Counted from the stretch's first letter, positions 35,890 to 44,665 are shown. The stretch is 53,968 bases of DNA from Bacteroidales bacterium (GCA_045596465.1 JAZOCI010000015.1:1-53968); one strand, 5' to 3'. Numbers and translations: made by a program. The notes: generated by a model from the sequence alone, not told the origin.

Positions 35890-36624
35890 ATGAAAAACAA
35901 CGAATACACTTTAAAAACAACGATACTTTCGGGACAGTGTGACAGCCTTATGCGTTTGAGAACTGAGGCTTATTTCATGACATTTCAAGACGTTGCGAGT
36001 TGTCATGCTACTCTTTTAGGCATAGACGATTTTTCTTTATTGGAGAAAGACAACGCGCTTTGGGTCGTTTCAAAGACGAAGGTGAAAATCAATGAACTTC
36101 CGCGCTGGAACGATGAAGTCACAATCAGGACTTGGCCTATGGGAGCCGAAGGCGTGCGTTGTAACAGATGTTATCAAATCATAAAAGACGGCGAGACCTG
36201 CATCAACGCAATCTCGGAATGGGTGATGATTGACGCCACGTCGCGCACCTTACGTAGGGTGGAATCGACATCTTATCCAAACGACATCGACTGGATTACG
36301 GAAAAATCCGTAGAAGAGAGGTTCAGGAGATTTAAAGACGACTTTACCGATGACGACTTGATTTACAAAAGATTAATACGCTCTGGCGACATCGATGTGA
36401 CACATCATACAAATAATGTCACTTATATCACGATGCTTTTAGATACTTTCACAGTTGATGAATTGGAGAATATGAAATTGAAAGATATTGAGATTTCATA
36501 TCTTAACGAAAGTTTAGAAGGTGAGACCTTGTCGATTTACCGTAAGGAGAAAGAAGACGGTACATATTTCTCCATCAAGAAAGAAGATGGAAAAATCGCT
36601 GTTATGGCGTACCTTTTAGGGTAA
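35890..36624 (+). CDS. Acyl-ACP thioesterase (start moved to 35890)
   Basis: About 244 aa. Two hot-dog halves. FatA/B-like pattern (D....HV.N..Y) seen as DIDVTHHTNNVTYI. Confidence 0.75.
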   Translation: MKNNEYTLKTTILSGQCDSLMRLRTEAYFMTFQDVASCHATLLGIDDFSLLEKDNALWVVSKTKVKINELPRWNDEVTIRTWPMGAEGVRCNRCYQIIKDGETCINAISEWVMIDATSRTLRRVESTSYPNDIDWITEKSVEERFRRFKDDFTDDDLIYKRLIRSGDIDVTHHTNNVTYITMLLDTFTVDELENMKLKDIEISYLNESLEGETLSIYRKEKEDGTYFSIKKEDGKIAVMAYLLG

Positions 36625-37395
36625 CAGGAATCTCCTCTGTCTTATTGCTTCGAAAACTACAATCGCGGTTGTGACTGATACATTCAACGAATCTGCGATG
36701 CCGTTCATAGGAATGATGAGGTTCTGATCTGCGGCCTCGACCCAAATATTCGATATTCCCGTCGCTTCGGTTCCCATCACGATGGCGGAACCTTGTCTGA
36801 AGTCGGCTTCCAAATAGTCGATAGATGCTTTTAGATAAGTGCAATAAATCTTTATGTCGTTGGCTCTGAGCCATTCGATACATTCTTCCGACGAGCAAGC
36901 AAACAACGGTATGCTGAAGATAGTTCCGATGCTTGCTCGTATCGCATTCGGATTAAAGAGGTCGGTTCGCGAGTCGGCGATGATGACGGCATCAACACCA
37001 GCAGCGTCGGCGGTACGCATCACAGCTCCCAAATTGCCAGGTTTCTCAACGGTCTCCAACACTATTATCAAAGGATTTTTCTTTGGCTTGAAATCTTTCA
37101 GCTTCGCATATTTCGGAATGGCAACAGCCAAAAGTCCGTCGCTGCCTTCACGATAAGCAATCTTCTCAAAAACCTCAAGTGTCACTTCTTCAATAACATT
37201 AGCCTTAATCATGACTTCCGTTTCCTGCGATAATTCACTACATATAAATAAGGTGTCGATGACGAAACCGCAAGCTACGGCGCGTTCTATCTCACGTCTG
37301 CCTTCGATGATGATTCTGTTCTGCTCGCGACGCTCCGACGATTTCTGTAACTTGACGACATTCTTTATCTTAGGATTGGATTTGCTTGTTATCAT
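36616..37395 (-). CDS. TrmH/SpoU-family RNA 2'-O-methyltransferase (start moved to the ATG at 37395)
   Basis: About 259 aa. SpoU motifs LETVEKPGNLGAVMRTADAAGV, IVMGTEATGIS and IPMNGIADSLNVSVT. The track start at 37419 is a TTG inside the -7 box TATCTTTG (37424-37417, minus strand). Confidence 0.88.
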   Translation of the reverse strand: MITSKSNPKIKNVVKLQKSSERREQNRIIIEGRREIERAVACGFVIDTLFICSELSQETEVMIKANVIEEVTLEVFEKIAYREGSDGLLAVAIPKYAKLKDFKPKKNPLIIVLETVEKPGNLGAVMRTADAAGVDAVIIADSRTDLFNPNAIRASIGTIFSIPLFACSSEECIEWLRANDIKIYCTYLKASIDYLEADFRQGSAIVMGTEATGISNIWVEAADQNLIIPMNGIADSLNVSVTTAIVVFEAIRQRRFLLP

Positions 37396-37543
37396 GACTT
37401 CTTGATTTTTACGTGGCAAAGATAAGAAAATAAGTCACCAAATCAATACGATTTTATTGTCTGATTGACTTGTTATCTTTAAAAAACGGCATAATATTTG
37501 AACAAAATCATAACACGATTTTTTAACAAAAAAACATAATATC

Positions 37544-38065
37544 ATGAAAACTTTAAGATTTATTGGACTATTTTTAGCAATGTCATTGTTCGTAACTTCT
37601 TGTCAAGGTCCTAAAGGCGAGCCGGGACGCGACGGAAATGCCAATGTGAAATCAGGAACTGTTGTGACTAAAGCCTTCGACTGGGCATGGGATTCCGATG
37701 CCTGTAATTGGTACGTCGACCTCGACTGGGACGCAATAGACTACGATATGGTTGATTATGGAGCAGTCTTGGTTTATATGGAAAGCCCGGGCGACTTCTA
37801 CGCATGGCATCAGCTCCCTCTTACTCTTTATCCAGACGACCAATATTCGACGACTTTGGAAACAGTGTTCTACGATTATGCGCTGACGATATTCTGGACG
37901 AATTCAGATCTTCAAAAACACGAAAATCCTTGCGATTTCTATAACACCGACCTGGAATTTAAAGTTGTTCTGATTGACGCAATAACGTTTTCAAAACACC
38001 AAAACGAAGACCTTTCAAATTATGAGACAGTTAAAAAACTTTTTAACATAACGGAAGAAAAATAA
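37544..38065 (+). CDS. Hypothetical lipoprotein with a short collagen-like GXY stretch
   Basis: 173 aa. Lipobox LFVTSC|QG followed by GPKGEPGRDGN. Confidence 0.65.
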   Translation: MKTLRFIGLFLAMSLFVTSCQGPKGEPGRDGNANVKSGTVVTKAFDWAWDSDACNWYVDLDWDAIDYDMVDYGAVLVYMESPGDFYAWHQLPLTLYPDDQYSTTLETVFYDYALTIFWTNSDLQKHENPCDFYNTDLEFKVVLIDAITFSKHQNEDLSNYETVKKLFNITEEK

Positions 38066-38078
38066 TTCTGAAAAATGT

Positions 38079-38111
38079 AGAGATGCTTCTCACCAAGCAT
38101 CTCTTTTTTTT
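38079..38111 (+). terminator. Intrinsic terminator
   Basis: AGAGATGCTT-CTCACC-AAGCATCTCT followed by T7-8. Confidence 0.85.
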
Positions 38112-38112
38112 G

Positions 38113-38120
38113 TACCTTTG
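38113..38120 (+). promoter_or_regulatory. -7 promoter box
   Basis: TACCTTTG lies 57 nt upstream of the ATG at 38178. Confidence 0.45.
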
Positions 38121-38139
38121 TAAAATCAGAACTCTAACA

Positions 38140-38174
38140 CTGACAGCTGATGGCTGATAACTGATAGCTTTATA
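38140..38174. repeat. Heptad-periodic spacer (CTGAYRR x4) in a 5' UTR
   Basis: CTGACAG CTGATGG CTGATAA CTGATAG CTTTATA, between the -7 box and the ATG at 38178. Confidence 0.7.
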
Positions 38175-38177
38175 ATT

Positions 38178-39356
38178 ATGAAAATACTAAAATCACTGCT
38201 ATATATCACACTGACTTTTATTGCTCTTGTCGTCGCGACAAGCATCTTTGTTCCTTCTTATTCTTTCGACGAACCGAAACCTTTTCAAGGCGATTATCTG
38301 CATAATCCGTACGAAAACATGAATCCCAACAACTGGATTCAGACTAATTTTCATGCTCATACGCGTCAGTTCGGCGGACTTACCAACGGACGTCTTAACA
38401 CTAACGAAATGTTGGACAGCGTGTATTCTGATCTCGGCTTCGACCATGTCGGAATTTCTGATTATAACAAAATAAATTATTATGACTCGGCAAATCCGAG
38501 TTTCATCCCGGCTTACGAACATGGCTACGGGATATTCAAAATTCATCAACTTTGCATAGGGGCAGAGAAGGTGAGATATCTCGATTATTTTGTTTTTCAG
38601 AATCTTAGCATGAAACAACATACTTTGAACCGCCTTGAAAAACAGACTCGTCTCGCAATCATAGCTCATCCTTCTTTCGTGAAAAAAGGCTATCTCGTCG
38701 ACGATATGAAATATTTGAGTAACTACAAACTGATGGAAGTGCTGAACGGATTTCGTATTTCTACAGCTCATTGGGATACTGCGCTTTCCAACGGACATCT
38801 CGTATATCTCATCGGCAACGACGACTCTCACGACGTGACTGACATCACTGATGTGGCAACGCGTTTTACCATGATTAACGCCGGAAAAAATGAAGCGGAA
38901 CAGCTTCTTCAATCTTTAGAAAACGGTAATGCTGTCGGAGTCGATTTTCCAGTGAAATATGACGAGACTTTGGAACAGAAAGTGAATCGTCTGAAAAATA
39001 ATCTTCCGTATATAACACAAGTTGAGCTTCGTGACGATACCTTATTAATATCGGCGTCGAAGCCGTTTTCAAAAATCAAATTCATCGGTGATGAAGGCAA
39101 GATTTTAAACGAACAGAAAAATAAAAACACTGCGTCATATATCATTCAACCAGAAGATAATTATGTAAGAACGGAACTCAAATTCAAAGATGGAACTACA
39201 TTGTATCTCAATCCTATTACACGTCACGAAAGCGAAATTGTTGACAAACAACGTCTTGATAATATAAACTGGATTAAGACGGTAATTCTTTGGGGAATAT
39301 ACATTTTTGTGATAGGAATGATTGTGTTTAAAGTAACCAAGTCGCTAAGTCGCTGA
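38178..39356 (+). CDS. Membrane-anchored PHP-like metal-dependent phosphoesterase (tentative)
   Basis: 392 aa. N-terminal and C-terminal hydrophobic helices. PHP-like metal ligands read by eye: NFHAHT (HxH), IAHP, NDDSHD (DxH). Confidence 0.5.
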   Translation: MKILKSLLYITLTFIALVVATSIFVPSYSFDEPKPFQGDYLHNPYENMNPNNWIQTNFHAHTRQFGGLTNGRLNTNEMLDSVYSDLGFDHVGISDYNKINYYDSANPSFIPAYEHGYGIFKIHQLCIGAEKVRYLDYFVFQNLSMKQHTLNRLEKQTRLAIIAHPSFVKKGYLVDDMKYLSNYKLMEVLNGFRISTAHWDTALSNGHLVYLIGNDDSHDVTDITDVATRFTMINAGKNEAEQLLQSLENGNAVGVDFPVKYDETLEQKVNRLKNNLPYITQVELRDDTLLISASKPFSKIKFIGDEGKILNEQKNKNTASYIIQPEDNYVRTELKFKDGTTLYLNPITRHESEIVDKQRLDNINWIKTVILWGIYIFVIGMIVFKVTKSLSR

Positions 39357-39413
39357 GTTGCCAAGTCATGACCCGGAGATATAGTAACTCAGTATCTCAG
39401 CAACTAAAAAAAT

Positions 39414-39448
39414 CCGTAGACTGTTGACCGTAGACTGTAGACTTTTCT
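39414..39448. repeat. Heptad-periodic spacer (CYGTWGA x4)
   Basis: CCGTAGA CTGTTGA CCGTAGA CTGTAGA CTTTTCT, abutting the yggS -7 box. AAGTCGCT AAGTCGCT at 39339-39354 overlaps the last codons of the preceding gene. Confidence 0.7.
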
Positions 39449-39456
39449 TATCTTTG
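39449..39456 (+). promoter_or_regulatory. -7 promoter box for yggS
   Basis: TATCTTTG lies 19 nt upstream of the ATG at 39476. Confidence 0.5.
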
Positions 39457-39475
39457 TAATTCAAAAATATTTGTT

Positions 39476-40153
39476 ATGATAAAGGAGAATCTAAATACCG
39501 TTAGGGCGACAATCCCTTCTGATGTTGCTCTTATTGCAGTTTCTAAAACTAAGCCAATCGCTGATTTACAGGAGGCTTACGATGCTGGGCAACGTGTTTT
39601 CGGCGAGAATAAAGCTCTCGAGATGCGTGACAAACATCAGGAACTTCCTAAAGATATTCAGTGGCATTTCATCGGTCATCTTCAGACTAACAAGATAAAA
39701 TATATAGCTCCTTTCGTGACCTTGATTCATGCTATCGACAGCGCATCTCTTCTTGAAGCTGTCAATAAAGAAGCCTTGAAAAATAATCGTGTCATCAATT
39801 GTCTGCTACAATTTCATATAGCTCAGGAAGAAACGAAATACGGTCTCGATATTGAAGAGGCTGAAGAAATATTAAAATCTGAGAATTTCAAAAACTTAAA
39901 AAACATTAACGTCTGTGGCGTGATGGGAATGGCGACTTTTACCGATGATGTCGAGCAGATTAGAAACGAATTTAAATCGCTGAAAAATATCTTTAATATA
40001 TTGAAAGAAAAATATTTCGTTGATAACAAATGCTTTAAGGAAATATCAATGGGAATGTCTGATGATTATCCAATTGCCATTGAAGAAGGTGCGACGATGG
40101 TCAGAGTCGGTAGCAAGATTTTCGGAGCGAGGAATTATTCGATTAACAACTAA
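39476..40153 (+). CDS. yggS: YggS-family pyridoxal-phosphate homeostasis protein
   Basis: 225 aa. AVSKTKP carries the PLP Lys. Also FGENK, HFIGHLQTNK, MGMSDDY and VRVGSKIFG. Confidence 0.93.
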   Translation: MIKENLNTVRATIPSDVALIAVSKTKPIADLQEAYDAGQRVFGENKALEMRDKHQELPKDIQWHFIGHLQTNKIKYIAPFVTLIHAIDSASLLEAVNKEALKNNRVINCLLQFHIAQEETKYGLDIEEAEEILKSENFKNLKNINVCGVMGMATFTDDVEQIRNEFKSLKNIFNILKEKYFVDNKCFKEISMGMSDDYPIAIEEGATMVRVGSKIFGARNYSINN

Positions 40154-40161
40154 CAATGTAT

Positions 40162-40243
40162 AATTATGCATTATGAATTATGCATTATGAATTATGCATT
40201 ATGAATTATGCATTATGAATTATGAATTATGCATTATGAATTC
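40162..40243. repeat. Direct tandem repeat, 14-nt unit AATTATGCATTATG (two heptads), 5 full copies + 1 half copy
   Basis: Copies at 40162-75, 76-89, 90-203 and 204-217, a half copy AATTATG at 218-224, a full copy at 225-238, then AATTC. All full copies are identical. Confidence 0.95.
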
Positions 40244-40317
40244 TATACGTGTCTTATCAATGAGGAATGAATAATGGGCATATTAAATATGTCTTAAATG
40301 AAAATGAATATATAATT

Positions 40318-42192
40318 ATGAAAAAAATCTGGATTACGTTATTGAAGATGTTGATCTTCTTCCTGGTGCTTTTTTCGTCGATAAGGATGATCTTCTTGAT
40401 AAGATATTGGTCGCTTGTCAAGTTAAGCGCGATTCCTTTTGGAGAGATTCTCAAAGGATTCTGGTCGGCATTGCCACTCGATATTGCCACGGCTTGTTTC
40501 TTGCTCGCGATTCCTGCGATATGTATGTTCATCTTCTTAGCCTTCGACAAAGACACGCTTTTCGCTCCCTTACGATGGTATTTCTATCTGATGATTGCGG
40601 TGTACAATCTCGTGGCTTTCGGCGATGTCGGGATTTACGGGGAATGGCGTACTAAGCTGTCTTACAGGGCTTTGATGTATCTGCAAAATCCTGCGGAAGT
40701 CATTAATACGGCCGAAACGGAACAGACATTGTTGTTGATTGTGTTGTGGAGCGTTTCCACGATTTTGTTCTGCTGGCTTTATACTAAACTCGTTGAGCCT
40801 AAGCCCAAAGATATCAATAGGGAAGAACAGAAACCGAATATTTATTTTTTGTCGGGAAGTTTTGTTGTACTCATCGGACTTTTGTTTCTTGGGATGCGAG
40901 GCGGCTTCAACGAGATTCCGATAACATCGAGCAAGGTCTATTACAGCAGTCATAAATTTGCTAACGAGATGAGCGTCAATCCAGCTTATTATCTTGTCGA
41001 GAATATTTTAAATTCCAAGAAAGTTGAGACGCGCGCTCATTTCAATTATATGGATATGAAATCTGCAGAAGAAAGGGCGCGACGTCTTCATGAAATAAGT
41101 TGCGACTCAACGACTTCAATACTTAAGATTGAGAAACCGAATATCGTTGTAGTTCTTCTTGAAAGCTGGTCGGCAGATTTGATAGAGTCGCTTGGCGGCG
41201 AGCCTGGAATAACGCCTAATTTCCGCGAGTTGGAAAAAGACGGCTTGCTGTTTACCAACATCTACGCGAGCGCAAACCGTTCACAACACGCGATGTCGTC
41301 TTTGTTCGGAGGCCTTCCTGGAATGCCGGTGACGACGATAACAAATCATCCTGATAAATATTATGCGGTTCCGTCGTTGGTGAAAAAGATGGATTCTGTT
41401 GGTTATCATACGAGTTTCTATTTCGGAGGGGAATTGAATTACGGAAATATCCTGTCGTATCTTCGTTACAACGAATTTGACGACATAATTGAAGCGAAAG
41501 ATATTAACGAAGGTTTTCATAAAGGCAAGCTCGGCTATCATGATACCGACGTAATGCCTTGGTATGCAGAACAATTGGAACAATATCCGCAACCTTTTTT
41601 CAGTACGTTGTTTACGCAAAGCTCGCATTCTCCTTACGATTATCCTAAAATCTTCGATGAGTTGGAATGGCCAGAAATCGAAAAACAATATGTCAATTCC
41701 GGACATTATACCGACATCGCGATAAAGATGTTTATGGAAAAGGCGCGTCAGCAGACTTGGTACAACAGCACGCTATTTATATTTGTCGCCGATCACAGCC
41801 ATACTTCCTACAAAAATCATATCTTGGAATCTTTTGAGCATCATAAAATACCGATGCTTATTTATGGTGAGCCGTTGAGAGATTCGTTGAGAGGACAGAC
41901 TTTTGATAAAATCTGTGGTAACACCGACCTCCCAGCTATGATATTGGCGCAGTTGGGATTAAATCATGACGAGTTTTTATGGAGCAAAGATATGTTTAAC
42001 GAATGCTACAAACCTTTTGCGTTTTTTGAACTGAATCATGGTCTCGGATGGAAAACTCCTGAAGGCGAATTCGTTTATTATAACGCAGGAAGATTTATAA
42101 AAAATAATCTGCCGGAAAACATAAGCGATAGCGTGGTGTTAGATGGTAAAGCGTATATGCAATATCATTTTGATCTGTTTAATTCATATTGA
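40318..42192 (+). CDS. LTA-synthase-family sulfatase-like phosphoglycerol/phosphoethanolamine transferase (start moved to 40318)
   Basis: About 624 aa. Five N-terminal TM helices and an extracytoplasmic alkaline-phosphatase-superfamily domain (VVLLESWSAD, ANRSQHAMSSLFGG, FVADHSH). Confidence 0.85.
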   Translation: MKKIWITLLKMLIFFLVLFSSIRMIFLIRYWSLVKLSAIPFGEILKGFWSALPLDIATACFLLAIPAICMFIFLAFDKDTLFAPLRWYFYLMIAVYNLVAFGDVGIYGEWRTKLSYRALMYLQNPAEVINTAETEQTLLLIVLWSVSTILFCWLYTKLVEPKPKDINREEQKPNIYFLSGSFVVLIGLLFLGMRGGFNEIPITSSKVYYSSHKFANEMSVNPAYYLVENILNSKKVETRAHFNYMDMKSAEERARRLHEISCDSTTSILKIEKPNIVVVLLESWSADLIESLGGEPGITPNFRELEKDGLLFTNIYASANRSQHAMSSLFGGLPGMPVTTITNHPDKYYAVPSLVKKMDSVGYHTSFYFGGELNYGNILSYLRYNEFDDIIEAKDINEGFHKGKLGYHDTDVMPWYAEQLEQYPQPFFSTLFTQSSHSPYDYPKIFDELEWPEIEKQYVNSGHYTDIAIKMFMEKARQQTWYNSTLFIFVADHSHTSYKNHILESFEHHKIPMLIYGEPLRDSLRGQTFDKICGNTDLPAMILAQLGLNHDEFLWSKDMFNECYKPFAFFELNHGLGWKTPEGEFVYYNAGRFIKNNLPENISDSVVLDGKAYMQYHFDLFNSY

Positions 42193-42199
42193 TGAGACC

Positions 42200-42298
42200 A
42201 AAGTTAAAAGTCTAAAGTCAAAAGTCAAAAGTCTAAAGTTCTTAGTTCCTAGTCTTTAGTCTTTAGTCTTTAGTCTTTAGTCTTTAGTCTCTTTGACT
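42200..42298. repeat. Heptanucleotide tandem array, ~14 units, switching from (AAAGTCW)n to (TAGTCTT)n
   Basis: AAAGTTA AAAGTCT AAAGTCA AAAGTCA AAAGTCT AAAGTTC TTAGTTC c TAGTCTT x5 TAGTCTC TTTGACT. It starts 8 nt after the stop of the preceding gene. Confidence 0.95.
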
Positions 42299-42355
42299 AA
42301 TGTAAAATGCTTTTTATTGTGATAAAAAACTATTGTCATTTACTGAAAAAATAAT

Positions 42356-42363
42356 TACCTTTG
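42356..42363 (+). promoter_or_regulatory. -7 promoter box for ffh
   Basis: TACCTTTG lies 19 nt upstream of the ATG at 42383. Confidence 0.5.
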
Positions 42364-42382
42364 CAGAAAAATAGAAAAGAAT

Positions 42383-43714
42383 ATGTTTGAAGGATTAAGC
42401 GAGAAACTTGAACGCTCGTTCAAGATATTAAAAGGTCAGGGTCGTATTACAGAAATTAACGTTGCAGAGACTTTGAAAGAAGTCAGAAAAGCTCTTTTAG
42501 ATGCCGACGTTAGTTACAAGATAGCAAAAGATGTTACCAATACAATTAAAGAGAAAGCATTGGGACAGAAGATTTTGACTTCTGTATCGCCGGGACAGCT
42601 TATGGTTAAAATAGTTCATGACGAACTTGCCGAGTTGATGGGTGGCGAACATACGGAAATCAATATCAAAGCGAATCCGGCTATCGTTCTTATCGCGGGT
42701 CTCCAAGGTTCTGGTAAGACAACCTTCTCTGCAAAACTCGCCAATTTCTTGAAAAGCAAAAGAGGAAAAAGCGTTCTCCTCGTAGCAGGCGACGTCTATC
42801 GTCCTGCCGCTATCGACCAGCTCAAGGTCTTAGGTGAACAGGTTGGCGTGGAAGTCTATAGCGAGATAGAAAATAAAAATCCTGTTGAGATAGCAGAAAA
42901 CGCTATAAAATATGCCAAGGAACATAACAAGAATGTTGTCATTATAGATACCGCAGGTCGTCTCGCTGTTGACGAACAGATGATGAACGAGATAGCAGCC
43001 GTAAAAGAAAAAGTCAATCCTCACGAAACATTATTCGTCGTTGACTCGATGACAGGTCAAGATGCTGTCAATACGGCAAAAGCATTCAACGACCGCCTCG
43101 ACTTTGATGGTGTTGTACTTACAAAATTAGATGGCGATACTCGTGGTGGTGCGGCTCTCACAATTCGTTCCGTCGTCGAAAAACCAATTAAATTCGTCGG
43201 TCTCGGCGAAAAGATGGACGCCCTCGATATTTTCTATCCTAAACGTATGGCCGATCGTATCCTCGGTATGGGCGATATCGTCACTCTCGTGGAAAAGGCT
43301 CAGGAACAATTCGATGCGGAAGAAGCTGCAAAACTTAAGAGAAAACTCGCAAAAAATGAATTTAATTTCAACGACTTCCTGAAACAAATCCAGCAGATCA
43401 AACGTATGGGTAGTATTAAAGAACTAGCAGCGATGATTCCTGGAATGAACAAGATAAGCGATGAAGATATTGATGAAGATGCATTCAAGAGTATCGAGGC
43501 TATCATCGGTTCAATGACACCAGCTGAACGCGAAAATCCGAAAATCTTGAACGGCAGCCGTCGCAGAAGAATAGCGATGGGTAGCGGTACCGACATTGTG
43601 GAAGTCAACAGGTTGATAAAACAATTTGAAGAGACATCAAAGATGATGCGCATGATGACGACAGGCGGAGCTAAGAAAATGATGCAGATGATGTCGCAAA
43701 TGAGAAGAAGATAA
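42383..43714 (+). CDS. ffh: Signal recognition particle protein
   Basis: 443 aa. NG domain (GLQGSGKTT, DTAGR, TKLDGD) and Met-rich M domain tail. Confidence 0.97.
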   Translation: MFEGLSEKLERSFKILKGQGRITEINVAETLKEVRKALLDADVSYKIAKDVTNTIKEKALGQKILTSVSPGQLMVKIVHDELAELMGGEHTEINIKANPAIVLIAGLQGSGKTTFSAKLANFLKSKRGKSVLLVAGDVYRPAAIDQLKVLGEQVGVEVYSEIENKNPVEIAENAIKYAKEHNKNVVIIDTAGRLAVDEQMMNEIAAVKEKVNPHETLFVVDSMTGQDAVNTAKAFNDRLDFDGVVLTKLDGDTRGGAALTIRSVVEKPIKFVGLGEKMDALDIFYPKRMADRILGMGDIVTLVEKAQEQFDAEEAAKLKRKLAKNEFNFNDFLKQIQQIKRMGSIKELAAMIPGMNKISDEDIDEDAFKSIEAIIGSMTPAERENPKILNGSRRRRIAMGSGTDIVEVNRLIKQFEETSKMMRMMTTGGAKKMMQMMSQMRRR

Positions 43715-43732
43715 TAACATAAACATAAAATC

Positions 43733-44611
43733 ATGGCAGATAACAAAATCATAGACGGCAAACTGATAGCCACAGAAATTAAGAAAGAAGTAGCGACGGA
43801 AGTCGCTCACATGATCGACAGCGGTCAAGGCGCACCTCATCTCGCGGCAGTTATTGTAGGCGAAGATGGCCCAAGCCTCACTTATGTGGCTTCTAAAGAA
43901 AAGGCATGCCGTAGCGTGGGAATGATTTCTTCGGTGTATAGATTGAAAGAAAATTCAACAGAAGAAGACGTCCTTAATACAGTGAAATTCTTGAACGAAG
44001 ATCCTGAAATAGACGGATATATCGTGCAGTTGCCTCTCCCAAAACATATCAATGAGACAAAAGTGATACAGTCTATCAGCCCTGATAAAGACGTCGATGG
44101 CTTTACCTTGTATAATATAGGTCTTATGCAGCTTGGCGAGCCTTGCTATCTTCCTGCAACACCTTATGGTATTTTGGAGTTGCTTAAACGTAGCAATGTG
44201 GAAATATCTGGAAAACGCGTTGTCGTGCTCGGAAGATCTAATATCGTCGGAACTCCTGTCAGCGTGATGTTGTCAAGAAAAGGTGTCGATGCCACTGTTA
44301 CAATGTGTCATACGAAGACTAAAAATATCGAGGAAATTTCGCGTCAAGCCGATATTCTTATTGTGGCAGTAGGTCAGCCTCATTTCGTTAAAGCTGATAT
44401 GGTGAAAGAAGGCGCAGTCGTCATAGACGTTGGTATTCACCGTATTAAAGATAACTCGGAAAAAGGTTATCACATAATCGGCGATGTTGACTTCGATGAA
44501 GTCTATAAGAAAGCCTCAAAAATCACTCCAGTACCAGGTGGCGTAGGTCCGATGACAATAGTGTCGTTGCTCTACAATACCTTGCAGGCGGCAAAGAAAA
44601 ATAGAAAATAA
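43733..44611 (+). CDS. folD: Bifunctional methylenetetrahydrofolate dehydrogenase/cyclohydrolase
   Basis: 292 aa. Contains LAAVIVGEDGPS.TYV..K, VQLPLP, GRSNIVG and TPVPGGVGPMT. Confidence 0.96.
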   Translation: MADNKIIDGKLIATEIKKEVATEVAHMIDSGQGAPHLAAVIVGEDGPSLTYVASKEKACRSVGMISSVYRLKENSTEEDVLNTVKFLNEDPEIDGYIVQLPLPKHINETKVIQSISPDKDVDGFTLYNIGLMQLGEPCYLPATPYGILELLKRSNVEISGKRVVVLGRSNIVGTPVSVMLSRKGVDATVTMCHTKTKNIEEISRQADILIVAVGQPHFVKADMVKEGAVVIDVGIHRIKDNSEKGYHIIGDVDFDEVYKKASKITPVPGGVGPMTIVSLLYNTLQAAKKNRK

Positions 44612-44632
44612 ATTTTATAAAACTTTTTTTAA

Positions 44633-44665
44633 CAATGAAGATTTTATTCGATAAAGTCTTCATTG
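44633..44665 (+). terminator. Hairpin after folD
   Basis: CAATGAAGATTTTA-TTCGA-TAAAGTCTTCATTG (14-bp arms, 1 mismatch). It overlaps the track start at 44663 of the next ORF, which argues for a later start. Confidence 0.55.

Noticed and set aside
40162-40243. Tandem arrays at 40162-40243 and 42200-42298 as CRISPR arrays. The 14-mer array as a palindromic or cruciform element.
   Set aside because: The units are contiguous with no unique spacers, and they are only 7-14 nt long, so they are not CRISPR. On checking, the 14-mer array is a direct repeat only; just the embedded ATGCAT and AATT are self-complementary.
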